From Felis catus (lineage: Eukaryota), in the NCBI RefSeq assembly GCF_018350175.1, contig NC_058368.1:60080001-60144000 (forward strand): 64,000 nucleotides of DNA. Direction: 5' to 3'. The notes below the pieces were generated by a model. The model had not been told where the DNA came from and searched no databases. It saw only the letters and a program-made list of their open reading frames with translations. The position numbers and the translations under genes were made by a program. Every line of letters starts with the position of its first letter. The stretch's first letter is position 1. Positions 1-12,480 of the stretch are shown piece after piece.

Positions 1-472
1 TAAAATCATGAATGAAAGAGGAGAGATCACACTAACACCACAAAATTACAAATAATCATTATAGAATATGATGAAAAATTATATGCCAAAAAACTGGACA
101 ATCTGGAAAAAATGGACAAATTCCTAGACACTCACACACTACCAAAACTCAAACAGGAGGACATAGAAATTTTGAACAGATCCATAACCAATGAAGAAAT
201 TGAATAAGTTTCCCCCCAAAAAGGAGTGTTGGGCCCCAAGGCTTCCAAGGGGAATTCTACCAAACATTTAAGGTAGAGTTAATACTTATTCTGCTCAAAC
301 TGTTCCAAAAAATAGAAATGGAAGGAAAGCTTCAAGAGTCATTCTATGAAGCCAGTATTACCTTGATTCCAAACTGAGACAAAGATCCCACTAAAAAGAA
401 GAATTACAGGCCAATATCTCAGATGAGTTGGATGCAAAAATTCTCAACAAGATACTAGCAAACTCAATTCAA
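1..472 (+). mobile_element. LINE-1 ORF2 fragment (host element, left part; runs off the window start), disabled
   Basis: Degenerate L1 ORF2 sequence of the KLYA-KLDNLE-MDKFL / GEFYQTFK / ENYRPIS type with frameshifts. Resumes collinearly at ~2822. Confidence 0.93.
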
Positions 473-499
473 TGATTTTAATATTCAGTTCAATATTTC

Positions 500-1260
500 T
501 TTTTTTATGTATAAAATTTATTGTCAAATTGGTTTCCATACAACACCAAATGCTCAACCCAACAGGTGCCCTCCTCAATGCCCATCAACCACTTTCCCTC
601 TTCCCCCATCCCCCATCAACCCTCAGTTTGTTCTCAATATTTAGGAGTCTCTGATGGTTTACCTCCTTCCCTCTATGTAACATTTTTCCCCCTCCTCCTC
701 CCCCTGGCCTTCTGTTAAGTTTCTTAGGATCCACATATGAGTGAAAACATATGGTATCTGTCTTTCTCTGCCTGACTTCTTTCGCTTAGCATAACACTCT
801 CCAGTTCCATCCACGTTGCTACAAAGGGCCAGATTTCATTCTTTCTCAATGCCAAGTAGTATTCCATTGTATATATAAAACACATCTTCTTTATCCTTTC
901 GTCAGTTGATGGACATTTAAGCTCTTTCCATAATTTGGCTATTGTTGAGAGTGCTGCTGTAAACATTGGGGTACAAGTGCCTCTATGCATCAGCACTCCT
1001 GTATCCCTTGGGTCAATTCCTAGCAGTGCTATTGCTGGGTCATAGGGTAGATCTATTTTTTAAATTTTTTGAGGAACACACTGTTTTCCAGAGTGGCTGC
1101 GCCAGTTTGCATTCTCACCAACAGTGCAACAGGGTTCCCCTTTCTCCACATCCTCTCCAGCATTTGTAGTCTTCCGATTTGTTCCTTTTAGCCACTCTGA
1201 CTGGCGTGAGGTGATATCTGAGTGTGGTTTTGATTTGTATTTCCCTGACCAGGAGTGGCA
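500..1260 (-). mobile_element. Younger feline LINE-1 3' end (ORF2 C-terminus, 3'UTR, poly-A), inserted antisense into the host L1
   Basis: Poly-T at 500-506. ORF 724..996(-) reads [53 protein letters not shown], typical of the L1 ORF2 C-terminus. Left TSD TATTCAGTTCAATATTTC at 482-499. Confidence 0.95.
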
Positions 1261-1660
1261 TTTATATATACAATGGAATACTACTTGGCAATGAGAAAGA
1301 ATGAAATATGGCCTTTTGTAGTTAACGTGGATAGAACTGGAGAGTGTTATGCTAAGTGAAGTAAGTCATACAGAGAAAGACAGGTGTCATATGTTTTCAC
1401 TCTTATGTGGATCCTGAGAAACTTAACAGAAGACCATGGGGGAGGGGAAGGGAAAAAAAAGTTAGAGAGGGAAGGAGGCAAACCATAAGAGACTCTTAAA
1501 AACTGAGAATAAACTGTGGGTTGATGGGGGGTGGGTGGGAGGGGAAAGTGGATGATGGGCATTGAGAAGGGCACCTGTTGGGATGAGCACTGGGTGTTGT
1601 GTGGAAAACAATTTGATAATAAATTTCATATTAAAAAATAAAGTAAAAACAAAAAAGAAA
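1261..1660 (+). mobile_element. Second LINE-1 3' end (about 400 bp with A-rich tail), inverted relative to 500-880
   Basis: Roughly 90% match by eye to the reverse complement of ~500-880 (TATATACAATGGAATACTACTTGGCA...GATGAGCACTGGGTGTTG). A-rich tail at ~1633-1660. Confidence 0.92.
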
Positions 1661-1675
1661 TATGTTTTACATTAC

Positions 1676-2773
1676 AAAAAAAGAATGAATGGGTCAACCA
1701 GGCAATTAGAGAAGAAATTAAAAGATACATGCAAACAAATGAAAATGAAAATGCAACAATCCAAACTCTTTGGGATATAGCAAAGGAAGTCTTAAGAGGA
1801 AAATACATTGCAATCCAGGCCTATCTCAAGAAACAAGAAAAATCCCAAATACAAAATCTAACTGCACACCAAAAGGAACTAGAAACAGAACAGCAAAGAC
1901 ACCCCAAACCCTGAAGAAGAGAAATAATAAAGATCAGAGCAGAAATAAACAATATAGAATCTAAAAAAACAGTAGATCAGATCAATGAAACCAAGAGTTG
2001 GCTTTCTGAAAAAAAAATTGATAAACCTCTAGCTAGGCTTCTCAAAAAGAAAGGGGAGAGGACCCAAATAGATAAAATCATGAATGAAAACAGAATCATT
2101 ACAACCAATCCCTCAGAAATACAAGCAATTATCGGGGAATACTATGAAAAATTATATGCCAACAAACTGGACAACCTGGAAGAAATGGACAAATTCCTAA
2201 ACACCCACACTCTTCCAATTCAAACGGGAAGAAATAGAAAATTTGAACAGACCCATAACCAGTGAAGAAATTGAGTCAGTTATCAAAAATCTCCCAACAA
2301 ATAAGAGTCCAGGACCAGATGGCTTCCTTGGGGAATTCTACCAGACACTTAAAGCAGAAATAATACCTATCCTTCTCAAGCTGTTCCAAAAAATAGAAAG
2401 GGAAGTAAAACTGCCAGACTCATTCTATGAGCCATCATTACTTTGATTCCCAAACCAGACAGAGACCCAGCAAAAAAAAAAAAGAGAGAGAGAGAACTAC
2501 AGGCCAATATCCCTGATGAATATGGGTGCACAAATTCTCAACAAGATACTAGCAAATCAAATTCAACAGCATATAAAAAGAATTATTCACTATGATCAAG
2601 TGGGATTCATTCCTGGGCTGCAGGGCTGGTTCAAAATTCGCAAATCAATCAATGTGATACATCACATTAATAAAAGAAAAGATAAGAGCCATATGATCCT
2701 GCAGAAAAAGCATTTGACAAAATTCAGCACCCTTTCTTAATAAAAACCCTCCAGAAAGTTGGGATAGAAGGAC
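1676..2773 (+). mobile_element. LINE-1 ORF2 segment (post-endonuclease region into RT), inverted 5' arm of the antisense insertion
   Basis: ORFs give [40 protein letters not shown] and [17 protein letters not shown]. Ends at the right TSD TATTCAGTTCAATATTTC (2774-2791). Confidence 0.92.
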
Positions 2774-2821
2774 TATTCAGTTCAATATTTCAATATAAAT
2801 TAATTAATAAAACTAATAATT

Positions 2822-5276
2822 AAAAGAATTATTCACCATGATCAAGTGGGATTCATTCTGGGACTGCAGAGCTGGTTCAGTGTTCACAAATCAATCACTG
2901 TCATATCACATTAATAGAAGAAAGGATAAGAGCCATATAATCCTGCCAATACATGCAGAAAAAGCATTTGACAAAATACAGCATCCCTTCTTAATAAAAT
3001 CCCTCGAGAAAGTAGTGATAGAAGGAGCATACCTTAGCATCATAAAAGCCATATATGAAAAGTCCACTGATAATATCATCCTCAATGGGGAAAAGCTGAG
3101 AGCTTTCCCTCGAGATCGGGAGCACGGCGGGATGTCCGCCCTTACTACTGTTGTTTAACATAGTGTTGGAAGCTCTAGCCTCAGGATCAGACAACAAAAC
3201 AAAATAAAACGGATCCAAATTGGCAAACAAGAAGTTAAACTTTTATTCTTTGCAGATGACAAGATACTCTACAGGAAAACCTTAAAGACTCCACCAAAAA
3301 ACTGTGAGAACTGATACATGATTTCAGCAAAGTTGCAGGATATAAGATCAGTGCACAAAAATCTGTTGCATTTCTATACACCAATAATGAAGCAACAGAA
3401 AGAGATATTAAGGAATTGATCCCATTTACAATTGCACCAAAACCCATAAAATACCTAGGAATAAGTCTAAGCAAAGAGGCAAAAGATCTGTACACTGAAG
3501 ACTATAGAAAGCTTATGAAAGAAGTTGAAGAAGACACAAAGAAATGAAAAAAAAAAACATTCCATGCTCATGGATCAGGAAAAAAAAATATTATTAAAAT
3601 GTCGATATTACCCAAAGTAATCTACACATTCAATGTAATCCCAATCAAGATAGCACCAGCATTCTTCACAGAGCTAAAGCAAACAATTCTAAAATTTGTA
3701 TGGAACCACAAAGACCTTGAATAGTCAAAGTAATGTTAAAACATAAAGCCAAAGCAGGAGGCATCACAATCCCAGACTTTAACCTGTATTACAAAGTTGT
3801 TGTCATCAAGAAATATGGTTTGGCACAGATACATAGATCAATGGAATATAATAGAGAACCTAGAAATGGACCCACAAACATATGGTCAACTAACCTTTGA
3901 CAAAGCTGGAAAAGAATATGCCATAGAAAAAAGATAGTCCTTTTAGCAAATGGTTCATGTCTCTGGACAGAGACATGCAGGAGAATGAAACTGGACCACT
4001 TTCTTACACCATACATAAAATATATATTCAAAATAGATGAAAGACCTAAAAGTGAGACAGGAAACCATCAAAATCCTACAGGAGAAAACAGGCAGCAACT
4101 CTTTGACCTTGGCCGCAGGAACTTCTTACTTGCCATGTCTTCAAGGCAAGGGAAATAAAAACAAAAATGAACATTGAGACCTCAACAAGACAAAAAGCTT
4201 CTTCACAGCAAAGGAAACTATCAACAAAACTAAAAGGCAACCACGGAATGGGAAAAGATATTTGCAAATAACATTGAATAAGGGTTAATATCTAAAATAT
4301 ATAAAGAACTTACCAAACTCAACACCCCCCCCAAAAAAACCAAATAATCCAGTGAAGACATGAACAAAAGACATGAATAGACACTTTTCCAAAGAAGACA
4401 TCCAGATGGCAAACAGACACATGAAAATATGTGCAACATCATTCATCATCAAGGAAATACAAATCAAAACCACACTGAGATATCACCTCACACAGGTCAG
4501 AATGGCTAAAATTAACAACTCAGGAAACAACAGATGTTGACGAAGACGTAGAGAAAGGGGAGCCCTCTTGCACTGTTGGTGGGAATGCAAACTGGTGCAG
4601 CCACTCTGGAAAACAATGCGGAGGCTCCTCAAAAAATTAAAAATAGAATTACCCTATGACCTAGCAATTGCACTACTAGGAATTTATTCAAAGGATACAG
4701 GAGTACTGATTCAAAGGGGCATATAAACCCCAATGTTTATAGCCGTACTATCAACAATAGCCAAATTATAGAAAGAGCCCAAATGTCCATCAATGGAAGA
4801 ATGAATTAAGAAGATGTGATCTACCTATTATCTATCTATCTATCTATCTATCTAATCTCCATGCAATGGAATACTACTCCGTAATGAAAAAGAATTAAAT
4901 CTTGCCATTTGCAACACGTGGATGGAAGTGGAGGGTATTATGCAAAGAGAAATCAGTCAGTCAGAGAAAGACAGATATGATTTCACTTATGTGGAATTTG
5001 AGAAACTTAACAGATAAACATAGGGGAAGGGAAGGAAAAATAAGTAAAACAGTGAGAAAGGCAAATCATAAGAGACTCTTAAATACAGAGAACAAACTAA
5101 GGTTTGATGAGTGTGGGGGGATGGGTTAAATGGGTGACAGGCATTAAGGAGGGCACTCTTCGGGATGAGCACTGGGTGTCATATGTAAGAGATGAATCAC
5201 TGGGTTCTACTCCTTAAGCCAAGACTACACTATCCGTTAACTAACTTGAGAATAATAATAATAATAATAATAATAA
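2822..5276 (+). mobile_element. LINE-1 host element, right part: RT domain to ORF2 C-terminus, 3'UTR and (AAT)n tail; disabled
   Basis: [15 protein letters not shown] and [12 protein letters not shown] motifs, TTTGCAGATGAC (FADD) near 3249, carnivore L1 3'UTR GATGAGCACTGGGTG...GTTAACTAACTTG, (AAT)n tail at 5251-5276. Many stops and frameshifts. Confidence 0.95.
4830..4854. repeat. (ATCT)n microsatellite inside L1
   Basis: Direct reading. Confidence 0.85.
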
Positions 5277-5454
5277 GAGTATAATGTTTAAGGAGGGAAT
5301 ATATAAAAGAAATAGGAACAGGAAACTTTGAATACCTGGAAAATATTTAGAAATAATTCTGAGACAGGAAAGTTGGACAATGAAATTGATAAACATTAGA
5401 GATTTCTGGACTGAACAAATCCTGTTTTGGGAAAAAAAATCCTTTTGATTATTT

Positions 5455-6800
5455 AAACTTTATTGTAAAATATAATGCATATAGTAAAAGTACACAGGAC
5501 AAAATTTTACAATGCAATGAATTATTCTACAGTGATTACATGTAACCATACCCAAGCCTAGAAAAATAATATATTTTAGTATTTATCAAGACACATGCTT
5601 CTTCCAGTCACTACATTCTTTCTTCTTCTTAAAGGGGCATAATTCTGTTTTCTAACAGTATAATTTCATTTTGGCTACTTAAGGACTAGATACAAGTGAA
5701 TTAATATATTAGGTGTTCTTGGGTAGCTTGCTAACCTTAATATTTACGATATTTAACTATATTGTTGTATATAGATGCCATCTATTCATGTCATTGTATT
5801 TTTCCTCAAAGTTTTCATATATTTTGGTGTTAAGAGACATTTGTGTGATTTCTGATTTGACATGCTATAAACATTCTTGTATATGTTTCAGTACTCAAAT
5901 ACATACATCATAATTAAATACATCCAAGAGTGGTATTACTTTTACACTAAACTTGAGTATGTTGAACTTCAGTGGATATTGTCACATCTATTGCCATAGT
6001 CAATCAAATTACATTTCTTCCAACACTGAATAAATATTGCCATACTTCCTCCATTCTAAAAGTTGATAGTAAGAGTGGTATCTCTTATTATCCTCTAAGA
6101 GTTTTTATTACTTTTTATTTTGCTTTTACTCTTTACAGGGAACTTAATTTTAAAAATAGTTTGAGAATTAGCAAATTTAACTTTTTTTCTCTCCATAGTA
6201 GGGAACTGGAATAAAATTATTTATTGAAAACACTATTTTACAACTCTGAAATGCTGTCATTTCCCAATTAAGTAAGTAATACATGTGTGTATTGGTCAGT
6301 TTCTGTGCTCTTTCTGCTAGCTCATTGATCAGATATCCTTCTTGTTAATTTCTGCAGCTCTGAGATAAGTGCCACTTTCCATTAGAGTTGGTCCTTCCAC
6401 TATGCCAGTCTTGTTATTTGTGATTCTTTATATTTCCATATAAATTTTGGATTCAGTAGTTCTAGTTTCACACATATACACATACTTACACATGCAAACA
6501 CATGAACTTGTGGGATTTTGGCTGAGACGTCATAAAAGCTGTAAAGTAATAGAAGTTAAAATTAAATATTTAAATTACTGAATAATCAAATTCATAATAG
6601 ACTTCCATTTATGTGTGTCTCCGTAATTTTTCTTTAATCACTTAGAATTTATTAGGTTTTCCTCTCACCATTTATAAATGTTTTTATTGTTATTTGATAT
6701 TTTGGTCCTATTTAAATTTCAAATTTTGTTTTTTGTTGTTGTTGCTGATATTAAAATGTTATTAATTTTTTATTTTAGTATAGATAAGTATTTGTACAAT
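5455..6800 (-). mobile_element. Ancient L1M remnant (3' end and ORF2 pieces), highly degraded
   Basis: T-rich tract with antisense L1 phrases such as TTTCCATATAAATTTTGGATTCAG and GGGATTTTGGCTGAG. Confidence 0.55.
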
Positions 6801-6817
6801 GGTATATACATTTAAAT

Positions 6818-7035
6818 TTTTTTTTCTTCAACTTTTTTTTATTTATTTTTGGGACAGAGAGAGACAGAGCATGAACAGGGGAGGGGCAGAGAGAGAGGGA
6901 GACACAGAATCGGAAACAGGCTCCAGACTCTGAGCCATCAGCCCAGAGCCTGACTCGGGGCTCGAACTCACGGACCGCGAGATCGTGACCTGGCTGAAGT
7001 CGGACGCTTAACCGACTGCGCCACCCAGGCGCCCC
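6818..7035 (-). mobile_element. Can-SINE, young feline SINEC_Fc type
   Basis: Full-length, most CpGs intact (CGGACCGCGAGATCGTG, CGGACG). Perfect 11-bp TSD TACATTTAAAT at 6807-6817 and 7036-7046. Confidence 0.97.
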
Positions 7036-7927
7036 TACATTTAAATATCATAGTAAAATTTGTTAATGCATTACCTTTTGCTAAATGAACATATTTATTT
7101 TATTAAAATTTCTGTAGATCTTTATCTATGTATACAAGCATAAGATACTATTGGAAATTCACCGTGCCTGTTGTTTTACCTTTTTTAGAACAACTTTTTG
7201 AGACATTTGGATAGAAAGAATGGAACATATTGCTATATGGGAGGAGAAAAGCAATTTTTGTAAGTCTACTTCAATACTACTATACTTTAATAATCAGTCA
7301 ATAATTACAATACATTCCGAAATATTTGAACTGAATTGTAGAGTAATTCTGAGTATTTCCCTCATCTCTGCTCATATTTTCCAGGAGTTAACGTGATTGA
7401 TACAGCTGACAAGGGGTGATGAATGGATATGACCTATGAATCCCAACATGGCTTCTGTGTCAACCCTGGTTTCTATTGACTGTCCTACTGTCTTCCTACT
7501 ATCCATGACAGAAAGCTTTGAGGTATTTTCATTTTCCATGCAAAAGGCAAAAAGCAGGAATTATTAAGTTACTATCATCAAAGGTATAGAAAATCTGAAT
7601 TAGAGGGGTTAATAATGTGGTCCTTTGCCCTACCTGAATAGTGTCAGGCAGGAAAAGTAAATATCCTAATCTGTAGGCAAATTCTGTAACTACCTTTAAA
7701 GAGATTTTATTTACTTCAAATATTTTTAAAACCTTAGTATGGCTCTATATTATTTTATTTTATGTAAATAGTTCTCTGTATGTATAATAAACTACAGATG
7801 TAAATGTGAATTCCAGATGATTATCTCTGTTTAGAAATGTCTCCCAGGCATAAAACGACAAAAATAAGATTAGGGATGCTACAGCTAATGGATTGCAAAT
7901 CTCAGAGACCTAGATGGATATAACGAT

Positions 7928-8180
7928 GTTGGGTTGTCCATTCTGTTCTGTTGATAGATTTGTTTACTCTTCTACCAATACCAAACTGGCTAGATCACTG
8001 TAGCTTTACAGTAAATCTTGAAGTCAAGTGCTGGTCAGTCCTCCAATTTTGCTCTTTTTCAGTATTGTGTTGGGTAATTTAGGTCTTTTTCCTTTCCATA
8101 TAAACTTTAGAATCAGGTTGTTGATATTCAAAAGATAATTTACTAAGAATTTGATGGATAGCACATTGGCTCTCTAGATG
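7928..8180 (-). mobile_element. Old L1M ORF2 fragment
   Basis: ATTCTGTTCTGTTGAT...CACTGTAGCTTTACAGTAAATCTTGAAGTC...TTCCATATAAACTTTAGAATCAG, typical antisense L1. Confidence 0.7.
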
Positions 8181-8304
8181 AAATAATTAACTTAGATTTT
8201 GTCATACACATATTCTATGGAAATCTGTTAAATGTTCTTAGTGTTGGGCATATTAGATGTAGTAGGCCTTATGATGGCTACAATATTGAGATTATAATTA
8301 ATGA

Positions 8305-8460
8305 AACTAGTAGGGCTTAAAAACAAATAGTTATGGATTTGAATTCTAAATTATTCACTCATTAGCTATGTGATCTTGGCCAGATTATTTAGGCCATCTG
8401 AGCCACAGTAAAACAGGAACATCATTACATTGTGTAATTAGAGATTAAATTAATGCCATA
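8305..8460 (+). mobile_element. MIR fragment
   Basis: Core-like GGATTTGAATTCT...CACTCATTAGCTATGTGATCTTGGCCAGATTATTTA...TCTGAGCCACAGT. Confidence 0.65.
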
Positions 8461-9129
8461 TATGTTACCTTAACTAATTAGAGCCATATTGAATTGTGTG
8501 CTATATTGAAGCATTTCCTTTCTTGGGGTGACAGAGTAAAGTAATACTTGTACATACAATCAAAGCAGTGTGAGGGAGATAGTGGTATTAGCAATAGTAG
8601 TAGATGTGCTGTTTTTCTGTTCAAGGAAAATTTAGTGACAAATTATTCTGAGATTTATAGTCTAATTAGATACATTTTAAGATCTTTCTGGATGGGGATA
8701 ATTCTAAAACAAATAGCAAATAGTAAAAGCTATAAACAGAAACTTAATAAGAAGATGGAAATTCAGAAGAAATGTATATCATCTAAACTCATTTCCTACA
8801 TCAAAATCTTTTATAAAACTTCATCTACCCAGGAAACTTCCCTTAACTCCTCCTCAACTGAATAATGCATCTTTTCTACTTATTGTTTATTTTATTATTT
8901 TTGGAGGGATCTGATTATGTAGATTGTATTTTAAACTTAGTATAAATTCTTATTTAGGCATTGATAAGTTTGGCAATTCTTTGATTTACAAACTTAGTGT
9001 CAGACATTGAGCCAGCTGACAGCAAATACAGTTTGCAGTGATCTATCCAAATGGCCACAGCTGCGTCAAGAACATATTCTCCTGAATTTTGATCTAAAAG
9101 CTTTGGGATTTTAGAATGTCATGTTTTGT

Positions 9130-11400
9130 TTTGTTTTTTCTATTGTCAATCCCAAGTAATTTTGAGTGTTATGTGAAGTACAGATAAAGCTTTTTTGCTG
9201 TTGTTGTTGTCTATGTAGATATCCAAATATTCTAGCCCATGTTTTTGCATTTCCCATGAAAATATTTGATGTTTGTACAAAATCAAAATACCTATTACAT
9301 TTGGATTTGTATCTAGGTATCCTATTCTGTTATGTGTATCTATTTATTTATTCTTCAGATAACACTGCAGTCCCTTGAATACCCTAGTTTTAGAGTAGGA
9401 CTTGAAATGAGATAATGTAATTCACCCAAATTGGTTCTTTTATTTTTTTCAAGAGTTCCTTGTATATTCTAAATCTCTTGCATTTTCGTACACATTGTTA
9501 AAGCTGCTAGTCAATTTCTACAAAATGTTTTTTAAAATTGTATGAATTTTTTTGAGAGCAGATTGAGTCTCTAGATCATATTTGGGAAAAAATCTTGAAA
9601 GTATTCTTCCAAACCATAAACATATGTCTTTAATTCATTTTAATTAGTCTGTACAGGTTTTTGTAGTTTTTAATACAGGGGACTTGACGTATTTTTCTTT
9701 TAAATTATCCCTACCTTCTTTGAGTTTGCTGATACTATTGTAAACAGAATTATTTTTCCCTTTCTAAATGTTGTTAAAATTATATAAAATATAGTTATTA
9801 GTTATTAACCATGTATCCTTAGAGCTTAATAAATTAATTATTAGTATTGGTAATTATTTCATAGATTCCTTTATATGTTTTACATAAATAATTGTCTTAT
9901 GAAGCAGAAATAATAGAAATAGAAATTCTTTTAAATCTGGATGATTTTATTTTTTCTTATTAAAACATCCAGAACTTCTACAAAATGCTCAGTAAAACTG
10001 ATTAGAGTGGGCATCTTTGGCATTTCCTAATCTCAGAAATATACCATGTAATAATTTGCCTTTAAATAGCTGTTTTTGTAGACATTTTTCACCAGAATGT
10101 GCAAGTTCTTTTTCACACTTAGTTAGTTTATGGAAAAATTTTCTCATGGATGTATATTAATTTCTGTCAAATGCTTTTTTGTTTCTATTGCCTTAATCAT
10201 AATATATCTATATTCTGTTAATTTCATTTATTTAATCAATTCAATATTAAATTTATATCTTTGAGGTTGAACTTAATTGATCATAATTTATAAGCTACTT
10301 GTATAAGCCTGGATTCAACTGAATTATTAATTTTTATATGTTTGTGTTGGCCTGTGTGTATATGTACTTGTAGGAAAATTGTTAGTTTTATTATTTTTAT
10401 TTTATTTTTTTAGGTTTCACTAAATGTTGTGAAGTCTTCACTCCTTTATTTTCTCAGGGACTTTAAATAAAATCGATGCTCATATTATCTTAAATATTGA
10501 AAAAAATCCATAAGTAAAAGCCTGGATATTTCTTTTGGGAAGATTTGGATAAAATTTAATATATTTAATGTTTATAAGGCTGGCCAGGTTTTCTGTATCA
10601 TTTTCTTTCAATTTTGACTAGTTATGTATTTCAAGGAATTTATCTATTTCCTCTAAAATATACAACACATGGACATAAAGTTATTCATATTGTTATAATT
10701 ATTTTAATTTCTGTAGAGACTGTAGTGGTGACTCCATGTTCATTTCTGATATGGGAAAATCGTTCTTTTTATCCTTGATTCGTCTAGCTAGATGTTAATC
10801 ATTGTATTAATCTTTTCAAGAATAAACTTTTGTCTTTGAAGTTTTCTGTGTTGTTTCCCTCTCTTATATTTATTTTGGCTCTAATTTATTATTTTCTTTT
10901 TTTGTTGATATTGAATTTATTTTTCCTAAGATGAGCTTTAACTCATTGATTTTAGAACTTTCTTAAATACTAATATTATATTTTACTATAACCTATATTG
11001 AACTAATATATACTATGAGCTAGGATTAAAATAATATTCAATTGTTATATAAATATTTAGAGCTATAATTTTTCTAGGTATTGTTGCATTCATGTCTTTG
11101 AAGATAAGTTATTAAATTAATATAATGTTTATAACCTCTTGATGAATTGCTGCTTTTTTCATTAAGACATTTTTGGTTTTTTTTCAATATTGTTTTACAT
11201 ACAGTCAGTCATTGGTATCTGAGATTACTGTAACCACTTCATCCTTCTTCGCTTACTAGCAACATGGTATATTTTTTGCAGTGCATTTATTTTTTAGCCT
11301 ATTTCTGTATTCATATTTAAAGTACATCAATAGTAGACAGACTTTTTCTCCATTCTGAGAATCTCTGCCTTTTAATGATATCAGAACTGATTTTTCTGTG
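9130..11400 (-). mobile_element. Ancient L1M ORF2 remnant
   Basis: Long T-rich tract with antisense ORF2 phrases (GAGTGGGCATCTTTGGCATTTCCTAATCTCAG; TTTCAAGGAATTTATCTATTTC). Confidence 0.7.
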
Positions 11401-12059
11401 ATTAACATAGAGCAAAAAACTGTACATTTTATAAGTTCATCAAAGTCCATTGTGAAGATGTAATAAAAATCACTGCATTATTTATTTACATTCTGTTTTC
11501 TTGTATTATCTGTAATAATTGGTATAGTCCTTCTTCAAACTCCCAGAAATCTGAGTGAATGAATTTCTCTCTTATCAGTTTTTAAGCCAGTTCTCACTAG
11601 ACATTTTTCCCCACAAAAGTTGGGTTAACAAATCTGGTTACATCCTACAGTTTTCTTTCTCTTCTACTTCTGTTCATGTCAGCTTTGCTGTTTCAAAACT
11701 TAAAAATAAAAAAGTAAAACAATGAATGTGGAATATAGTAAGAATTAAACAAATATTTTTTGTCTGAGCATAGTATTTCAATACACTAGAAATATTTGGA
11801 TTCCAAAATAATGAGGTTTTTTGTATTATATTTTAAGCCAATATTTGTATTATTTTTAAATAAGAAGGAAACAGAACATACTGATCCGAATGAGCAAAAT
11901 CGAAATGGCAAGCATAAACAAATGTCCATTCTAGTCTTTGAACTTATTAAGATATAATGTGCACTTCAACACATATACTATATAAAAGATAATTTCAAAT
12001 TAGAGAAGAAAATCCATAAGTTTATAAAGTTTATTATTCAATAAGTGTCATTTTTTAAA

Positions 12060-12180
12060 ATTTTATTTCAACGTGAATTGGAGCCTCTACTTGATGCTAA
12101 ACACTGTGTGTGCTAGGGCCTGAATTTATAGAGATGAATAAAAATTTATCTTTCTTTGAAGAGCTATGAGTTTAGTGACT
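12060..12180 (-). mobile_element. L2 3'-end fragment
   Basis: Resembles antisense L2 tail: GAGCCTCTACTTGATGCTAAACACTGTG...AGAGATGAATAA...GAAGAGCTATGAGTTTAGTG. Confidence 0.55.
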
Positions 12181-12268
12181 GAATATACAGTGACTTGAAA
12201 TGTTCTAGATATCCTGGAGTTAAAAAAAAAAAAAAACTTCAAATTGCTTTTAAAATGAAGTATATCTT

Positions 12269-12480
12269 GGGACGCCTAGGTGGCTCAGTTGGTTAAATGT
12301 CCAACTTCGGCTCAGGTCATGATCTCGCACTTCCTGAATTTGAGTCTCGCATCAGGCTCTGTGCTGACAGTTAGGAGCCTGGATCCTGCTTTGGATTCTG
12401 TGTCGCCATCTCTGCCCCTCCTCCATTCATGCTCTGTCTCTCTTTCTCTCAATGAGAAAAAATTTTGAAAAATAAATAAA
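12269..12480 (+). mobile_element. Can-SINE (feline)
   Basis: GGGACGCCTAGGTGGCTCAG head, CT-rich region, A tail. 18-bp TSD with 2 mismatches (12251-12268, 12481-12498). Confidence 0.95.

Noticed and set aside
724..5172. Many ORFs with reverse transcriptase or L1 ORF2 similarity
   Set aside because: Frameshifted pieces of disabled LINE-1 copies, not host genes or a novel RT system.
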